Positions 57,668 through 64,000 of a stretch of DNA of 64,000 bases are shown in pieces. Made by a program: the position numbers and the translations under genes. The notes under the pieces were generated by a model. It had not been told where the DNA came from and made no database searches. It saw only the letters and a program-made list of their open reading frames with translations. This stretch comes from an uncultured Nitrososphaerales archaeon (GTDB lineage: Archaea; Thermoproteota; Nitrososphaeria; Nitrososphaerales; Nitrososphaeraceae). The first letter of the stretch is position 1. Each line of letters opens with the position of its first letter. The DNA is taken from NCBI GenBank assembly GCA_963695855.1, contig CAVOHZ010000002.1:61435-125434 (forward strand), read 5' to 3'.

Positions 57668-58156
57668 ATGAACAATAACATACTAATTCTTGGATTTGTG
57701 TCAATATCTTTCTTACTTATATTAAGTATTACACAAATTTCAACAGCTCAGCGTCATGATGATGATAATAGACACTATTACAGGGATGATGACCATGACT
57801 ATGACCATGACTATGACCATGATGACTATTATAGATACTATGATGACCATGACTATCGCGACCACTATAGAGATGATAACGACCGACATTACGATGACGA
57901 TTTTGAATTAACTGTTAGATTAATTGGTGATGAAGACGAAGACATGCCAGATTTTAATGTAAGGGCTGCTGGAGAAAGAGAATACATACACGGTGAAGAA
58001 TTTGAGAATGATGGAAAAGCAAAGGTACAATTGTACTTGGATGATGTAGATAATAAAGAGAGAGTATGTATTACTGATGAAAGACATGATTTTGATACAT
58101 GTAAGACATTTAAGACCTACCGTGATGAAGCTACTGTTAATTTCTATGTAGATTAA
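57668..58156 (+). CDS. Secreted protein with His/Asp/Tyr-rich repeats
   Basis: Signal peptide, DDHDYDHDYDHDDYY; 9-bp GACCATGAC/TATGACCAT repeats. Confidence 0.8.
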   Translation: MNNNILILGFVSISFLLILSITQISTAQRHDDDNRHYYRDDDHDYDHDYDHDDYYRYYDDHDYRDHYRDDNDRHYDDDFELTVRLIGDEDEDMPDFNVRAAGEREYIHGEEFENDGKAKVQLYLDDVDNKERVCITDERHDFDTCKTFKTYRDEATVNFYVD

Positions 58157-58493
58157 TCAAATAAATTTTTTTCCTGTATTGTTAATAGATCCAAAACAAC
58201 AGTAACTTATACAACAACGATAACTGTACCAATTATCACATTAACTTTTTCTCTTATTATTCTCATTTCTCCTTAATTTAGTTATTGTACCGCTTATTAT
58301 TTCAAATATCTGGAAAGCTGTTAGTAAGATTAACTTTACGTCCTGCTATGGTTTCAACACTCCGACATCAACATTCCAGGTATAAATCCTAATATCACAA
58401 GTAATTATTGGGTTAAAGTTTTATTATTTTCATTTATTCATGATTCAGTTTATTTTTCTCTTAATTTGTTAAAATTAAATATTATTGTTTTTT

Positions 58494-58766
58494 TTATGGA
58501 ACTATCATGTATACGGCGGTATAATCAGCCCCAAATCCTCTACTCACTCTTTTGCAATCCTCTTTGAAATAATCTTCGTTTGTAACACATATCGTAAATA
58601 AGCTTCCCTCAGGAATATGAGTTTCATCTACCATAAAAGATTGAACGACACCTGTAGCAGGAACAGTAAGGTATTGAGAAGCAAATTCCCCATTTGAATT
58701 GTATAATCTAACTGAGACCTCCTGATCAAATAATGTATATATATGAGTGTTTACAAATACGTTCAC
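58494..58766 (-). CDS. Hypothetical beta-rich protein (5' end possibly lost)
   Basis: ICV...C pattern similar to the C-terminus of 57668-58156. Confidence 0.5.
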   Translation of the reverse strand: MNVFVNTHIYTLFDQEVSVRLYNSNGEFASQYLTVPATGVVQSFMVDETHIPEGSLFTICVTNEDYFKEDCKRVSRGFGADYTAVYMIVP

Positions 58767-58933
58767 AGAAATTTTTGTAACTTTTCATTTTAATTTGTAA
58801 ATAAGATTTGATTCACCATAGCCTTCTATTATTGATATACTCTTCAATAGTAGCAGGTTCTGGCTTTTACTTCCATGTTAATAAAATCAGATTGTAAGAT
58901 TAAAAATTTTTCTAAAGTAATTATAAATCTCAA

Positions 58934-58980
58934 GTTATTAACAAAATACGTTATTAACAAAATACGTTATTAACAAAATA
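58934..58980. repeat. 16-bp tandem repeat x3
   Basis: GTTATTAACAAAATAC x3 (last copy lacks the final C). Confidence 0.9.
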
Positions 58981-59307
58981 TACTACTTAAAGTAAACTAT
59001 TATATTTAAAAAATAATCTCAAGTATTATCTTCTTTATTGATAGAACATTAGACTCTTATTTTAGAATCGCTATCGGTATTACTCTCTTTAATTATAACA
59101 CATTATAACGAATTCAAAATAAAATAGGTTTGTAATAATGAAATCTAAATATGATTTAATAAAATCCTATTATAAACGATTCCATTCCATTAGGTGAGTA
59201 TTTTTCTTGGGTTCATCTATTTTTTGTATTATATTTAATAATACAATACAATATTAAATGCAAACAAACCAAACAATATTTATAAACTTTAATTCATATT
59301 AATAACT

Positions 59308-59619
59308 ATGGGTTTATATGGAATATATGGCAGTCACACTACAGAAGCATGTCCGTTGAATAACGCTGAAACTCGAAAATTAGTATTGGAACATGGTCCT
59401 AAAATAGTTGAGGAAGCAAGTAAACTAAATATAAAAATAATTAATCAATATCACTCAGGTTTAGAACACACTTTTTTATGGGTCGTTGAAGCTAATGACG
59501 CTCATTTAATACAATCATTCTTTCCAACAAATGTAGGTAAAAATAATACATTAAAAATAGTACCTCTAATCACGTACTCTGATGTTATTGAACAGTCTAA
59601 AAAATTAGAACATTCCTAA
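59308..59619 (+). CDS. Conserved small protein (GYD/DUF3303-like)
   Basis: HTTEACP, EHTFLWVVEA. Confidence 0.7.
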   Translation: MGLYGIYGSHTTEACPLNNAETRKLVLEHGPKIVEEASKLNIKIINQYHSGLEHTFLWVVEANDAHLIQSFFPTNVGKNNTLKIVPLITYSDVIEQSKKLEHS

Positions 59620-60142
59620 ATTTTTTATTTTATTTTATTTTAATGATGTGAAAGGTCAATCTTAGATTCATATTATTATTTCATTATTTCAGATAGTTAA
59701 GTTTCTAATGATAAAAGCTAAATATGATGTGATAGAACCCTACTACATGGAAGATTCTACTCCCGACCAGCTTGCTGAAAATGTAGGCGAACCCTATTGT
59801 TAAAAAGAACTAAAATTCAAACAGCCTTGCTAGTTCAAATTTACTAATATACTGAGTTTCAGAACATCTTTAACATTTTTAGTAAATTCTGAAGTAATTT
59901 TTGTTGTTGTTGTAATAACTATTGTATCTCTCAGAATTTCACATAATCTAAATAATCTTTCATTTCGTTTTCATGTATCAAAACATTATCTGCAACTATT
60001 ACTATTGATTTTTATTGAGTGCTGAGGCATTACCTTTTCTTATTTTCTTTATTTGCAAATAATATTTAGAATGTTTGTACTATAATTATCTTACCTTTGA
60101 CTGTGATATTAAACTAAAATAATTAAATAACCTTATAATAAT

Positions 60143-60406
60143 ATGAAATATAGAAGTAGAACGGAAATAGTGGGTAATATACTGGACGCTGCAAATGGAA
60201 GAGCAACAAAGACAAAAATTATGTACAAAGCTTTTCTAAGTTATGCACAATTAAAGGAATATCTTTCTGTTTTGACAGAAAACAATCTAATAGAATATCT
60301 TGATGTGACTCAAACATTCAAGACTACAGAAAAAGGACTAAACTATCTCAAAATGCATAATGAAATGGGCGAATTATTACAAGCTACTACCATCAAAAAT
60401 GACTAA
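60143..60406 (+). CDS. Archaeal winged-helix regulator (ArnR1-like/HTH_45)
   Basis: YRSRTEI..IL...ATKTKIMYKAFLSY.QLKEYL...TTEKG. Confidence 0.88.
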   Translation: MKYRSRTEIVGNILDAANGRATKTKIMYKAFLSYAQLKEYLSVLTENNLIEYLDVTQTFKTTEKGLNYLKMHNEMGELLQATTIKND

Positions 60407-60509
60407 TTAATTTAATATTTTTTTATATATCAAAATATATAATATTAATTTTTATAGTAACTCCACATTGGTATTCATTTAAAAATAAGTTTCTAATAAT
60501 AAAAGCTAA

Positions 60510-61434
60510 GAGCCTATCCCAAAATAGATAGGAATATAGCTCGTTGGTTTCCTATCATATCTGATAATGTTTGAGTAAGAGTAAAAAATATGTTAGAACC
60601 ATTACACGTATTCCTGATGACCTTTGGTATGAAATAAAAAATATTTTACCAGATGAGAAACCGGATAATACCATAGGTAGACCAATTGTTCCTTATAGAA
60701 AAGTCCTTGATGGAATAATGTTTATACTAAGAACTGGATGTCAATGGAAAATGTTACCCAAAGAATATGGTTCTGGTTCAACCTGCCACAGAAGATTTCA
60801 GGAATGGAGACAATCAGGATTATTTGACAAATTATGGACCAGATTACTAAAAATATACGATAACACGAGAGGAATCAGATGGAACTGGCAATCACTTGAC
60901 AGCATATCAGTAAAATCTCCTTTAGGGGGGCGATGACTGGTCATAATCCTACAGATAGGAGTAAATTAGGAAGCAAAAGACATATTCTAACAGATAAAGA
61001 TGGTATTCCTCTTTCTACTTTTATAACATCAGCCAATACTCACGATGTTACCGTTGCAACAAATACAATTGATAATATTGTTATCAAAAGACCATCGTCA
61101 TCATCATCGATAACAAAATACAGAAACAACAACAATAACAAGAAGAAGAAGAAAAAGCAGAATCTATGTCTTGATAAAGCATATCATTCCAAAGAAGTAG
61201 AACAAGAAATGGTCAAAAGGGGATACATCCCACATATACGACACAGAAGAGAAGAAAAATTATTTAGTAGAAAACATCCTGCAAGAAGATGGGTGGTAGA
61301 GAGAACAAATTCATGGCATAACAGATTTAGGAAATTATTTACAAGATATGAAAAGAAGGATGAGAACTATCTTGGTCTTGTGCAATTAGCAAATAGCATA
61401 ATTGTTTACAGGAGGATAATTTTGGGATAGGCTC
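60510..61434 (+). mobile_element. IS5-family element (two-ORF type)
   Basis: Perfect 16-bp TIRs GAGCCTATCCCAAAAT and ATTTTGGGATAGGCTC; TAA target duplication at 60507-60509 and 61435-61437. Confidence 0.93.
60571..61430 (+). CDS. IS5 transposase OrfA/OrfB joined by a probable -1 frameshift
   Basis: LRTGCQW, TCHRRF, LDS | GSKRHIL, LDKAY, RWVVERT; G6 run at the overlap near 60925-60930. Confidence 0.88.
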
Positions 61435-61590
61435 TAAATACAAGATAGTAGTATCTCTACAATAGACTCTTATTTTCGCACCACTATCGGTGTTACTCCC
61501 GATGGGCCCATAGTTTTCTCGGGTTCATTTACATGTTATTCTATGAAATACTAGGAAGATGAGTTACTCTCGTATATGGGAATTGGAGGA

Positions 61591-61818
61591 GTTTTAATCG
61601 AACTATTATAGGATTGAAATTATTTTTGGGATAGGGGTAAAATATGATCCAAAATTGTTTTGATCGAACTATTATAGGATTGAAATAATATAATTAGGAA
61701 CATAAGGTTTAGAAGGAGAAAAGTTTTAATCGAACTATTATAGGATTGAAATTATTTTTGGGATAGGGGTAAAATATGATCCAAAATTGTTTTGATCGAA
61801 CTATTATAGGATTGAAGA
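61591..61818 (+). CRISPR. Orphan CRISPR mini-array: 4 repeats, 3 spacers
   Basis: 30-nt repeat GTTTT(A/G)ATCGAACTATTATAGGATTGAAAT at 61591, 61657, 61723 and 61789 (last ends GAAGA); 36-nt spacers; spacer 1 equals spacer 3; no cas gene in window. Confidence 0.88.
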
Positions 61819-62844
61819 CAATAATAATAAATCAATTTTGCAATCAAATATAGCAAAAAGTTTGTTTCTTCATTATTGCTCTATAACAATTTATGACTCA
61901 ACCAAACAAGCGGACCCGAGGTCAGAATTCTGAGCCTCTGGTGGGAACTGTATGCTCGCCTCGAATCCTAATATTTGGATTCATTGATTAAGGATAATAG
62001 ATTCCATCTATTATTTGTTTTGAAGGTTGAGGTTTTAATAATTATCAAAAGAAAGTTATAAAAATAGATTTAATTAGCTTTATCCAAGTTTGGTTAGACG
62101 ATTAACCTATCACAAGAGGTAAGGAAATGTATGCTTTTAAACTTAATATTTATAACGAATATGGGCCTGTGGACTGTTATTATCTTAAAAAGACAATTGC
62201 TATTTTGAATATTTACCATCATTAGTAATTCTAATATGTTCTTCTTGTCGTTTTTGTTATTATTGTAGGGAATTTGCATGTTATCATAACGATAAGGCAT
62301 AATTTCTATAATAATATTCCAATTGAAATATATGTATAAACATTAGACATAATATTAATGATATTCTTGTATAGGTACGTGAGTATAATTTGGACTTTGT
62401 GCAAAGATTAGATTTGAAGAAATTGCGGTTAGACCTAATAGTTGCTACAAGTACAATGAGACTTAAAGATAAAATTCTATTCATTGCCATTACACTTAAA
62501 ATTATATAAAGTTTTCGTAGAAAACATTGATATAAATATATTTATTAGAGTATTTTCTTACAGATAGTTATTCTGAATATTATGGAGGAACTATCCATCT
62601 GATTAGGAGATAGGTAGGTATTGCTCAATAAGTTCTTGCATTATTGTTTTTATTCCTAACAATTAAAGAATTATTGTTAGTTGTTATTTAACAATTTGAT
62701 ACTAAAAAGAGGATAATTTTTCGGCGCCGAAAAAGTATTTAAGACCATAGTTATTTCCAAACAATAGATGAGAAACCCTTTATATTATAATTTTAATAAA
62801 TCTATTCTATATGGGAACTTTACATTTCGGGAGCATACTACTAA

Positions 62845-63528
62845 ATGAAAAATTTTTCTTCTAAAGGAATAAGATTTTCAGGTGATTCAATAAAGAGTTG
62901 TGTAGTTTTTATTGACTTGGTAGATTCGACTAAAAATACTATTACAATGGACAATTTAGAACATGTTAGAATCTATTATTCTAAATTCATAAATCCACTA
63001 TCTGAAATAGTTAAAAGTTATGGTGGGAAAGTTATTAAAAATATTGGGGATTGTTTATTATTATACTTTCCAAAAACATCTGATAATAAAAACGAAAATG
63101 CTTTTAGAGAAGTTATTGAATGTGGCTTGAAAATCTTAGATGAGCGATATCTTGTTAATCAAGAATTGTCCAAGCAAAACTTGCCTCCATTCAGCTATAG
63201 AATTAGTATGGATTATGGTGTACTAGATTTAGCTTTAGTTGGTGATTATAGCCAGATAGATGTATTTGGTTCAGCAGTAAACTTCTGTTCAAAGATAAAT
63301 TCCTGTTCATATTTGTCTATTCCTAATCAAATAATTATTGGAGATAATTTTCATAGAATTTTAAAATCTTTTTCTAATATTAATAACAATTATAATTTTA
63401 TAAATAATGGTGAATGTGAGATAACCGAAACTATTGCATACCCTACATATAGTATAAAAAAAGTTAATAAATCATCGTTGATTGATGATAGTAGTACTAC
63501 ATGTACGCTCTCAGGAAGAAATTGTTAG
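62845..63528 (+). CDS. Class III adenylate/guanylate cyclase domain
   Basis: VFIDLVDST, KNIGDCL, RISMDYG, DVFGSAVN. Confidence 0.88.
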   Translation: MKNFSSKGIRFSGDSIKSCVVFIDLVDSTKNTITMDNLEHVRIYYSKFINPLSEIVKSYGGKVIKNIGDCLLLYFPKTSDNKNENAFREVIECGLKILDERYLVNQELSKQNLPPFSYRISMDYGVLDLALVGDYSQIDVFGSAVNFCSKINSCSYLSIPNQIIIGDNFHRILKSFSNINNNYNFINNGECEITETIAYPTYSIKKVNKSSLIDDSSTTCTLSGRNC

Positions 63529-63968
63529 GTTACTCTACTGACTATTTTATAGAAACTAAAAGTAAAAAAGATTTATTTTTTCATCAAAGAAACAATAATA
63601 ACAAAAAGATAATTTTAGTAGATGATGACCAGGATATACTTCTTACTTATGAATTATTTTTAAAGGATAATGGTTATGAAACAATTTCTTTTACAGACTC
63701 TACTGATGCATTGAATTATATCAAAGACCTTCCAAATTTTAATGATTTACTAATCACTCTTGATATCCGAATGAATGATTTGAATGGATTCCAATTACAT
63801 CAGCAAATAAAAGCTATGGACCCAACAATTAAAATTCTTTTTGTAACTATTTTAGATATATCAGATGAAATATTAACTATAGTTCCCGGTTTATCCAAAG
63901 AACAAATATTGATAAAACCCGTTGATAAAAAGCTATTTACAAATACTGTAAAAAAAATGTTAAAGTAA
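63501..63968 (+). CDS. Response regulator receiver domain
   Basis: ILVDDD, LDIRM..LNG, LFVT, IKP. Confidence 0.85.
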   Translation: MYALRKKLLGYSTDYFIETKSKKDLFFHQRNNNNKKIILVDDDQDILLTYELFLKDNGYETISFTDSTDALNYIKDLPNFNDLLITLDIRMNDLNGFQLHQQIKAMDPTIKILFVTILDISDEILTIVPGLSKEQILIKPVDKKLFTNTVKKMLK

Positions 63969-64000
63969 TAAAAAAATTATATTTTATTATTATCATTATT

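Noticed and set aside
61525-61590. Additional degenerate CRISPR repeat upstream of the array
   Set aside because: Only TGAAAT matches and the spacing (41 nt) is off
61905-61975. GC-rich patch as a tRNA fragment/attR or group II intron domain V
   Set aside because: No match to the tRNA-Gly 3' end and no convincing domain V or ribozyme core

Overview
AT-rich archaeal DNA, most likely an ammonia-oxidising archaeon of the Nitrososphaeraceae (Nitrosocosmicus-like). This assignment is an inference from the futalosine menaquinone genes, HMG-CoA synthase, TFE-beta, Bax1/DUF790, an intron-containing tRNA and the low GC content. Two housekeeping blocks (about 0.4-11.9 kb and 37.3-49.9 kb) alternate with accessory DNA. 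The first accessory region holds IS remnants, a kdp locus with two full kdpA paralogues that differ in their selectivity filters, a third kdpA fragment and an unannotated KdpF-like peptide. It also holds a copper cluster (TRASH regulator, unannotated YHS chaperone, frameshifted Csp-like storage protein, shared operator), a GC-richer hemD, an IS6, and a small putative secreted-peptide gene ending in a perfect 40-bp tandem array. The second accessory region follows a two-intron tRNA-Gly(TCC) and a decayed integrase. It contains pseudogenes, an IS5 with TIRs and TSD, and an orphan 4-repeat CRISPR mini-array whose duplicated spacer resembles the terminal repeat of the adjacent IS5. Two dispersed non-coding repeat motifs recur across the window.
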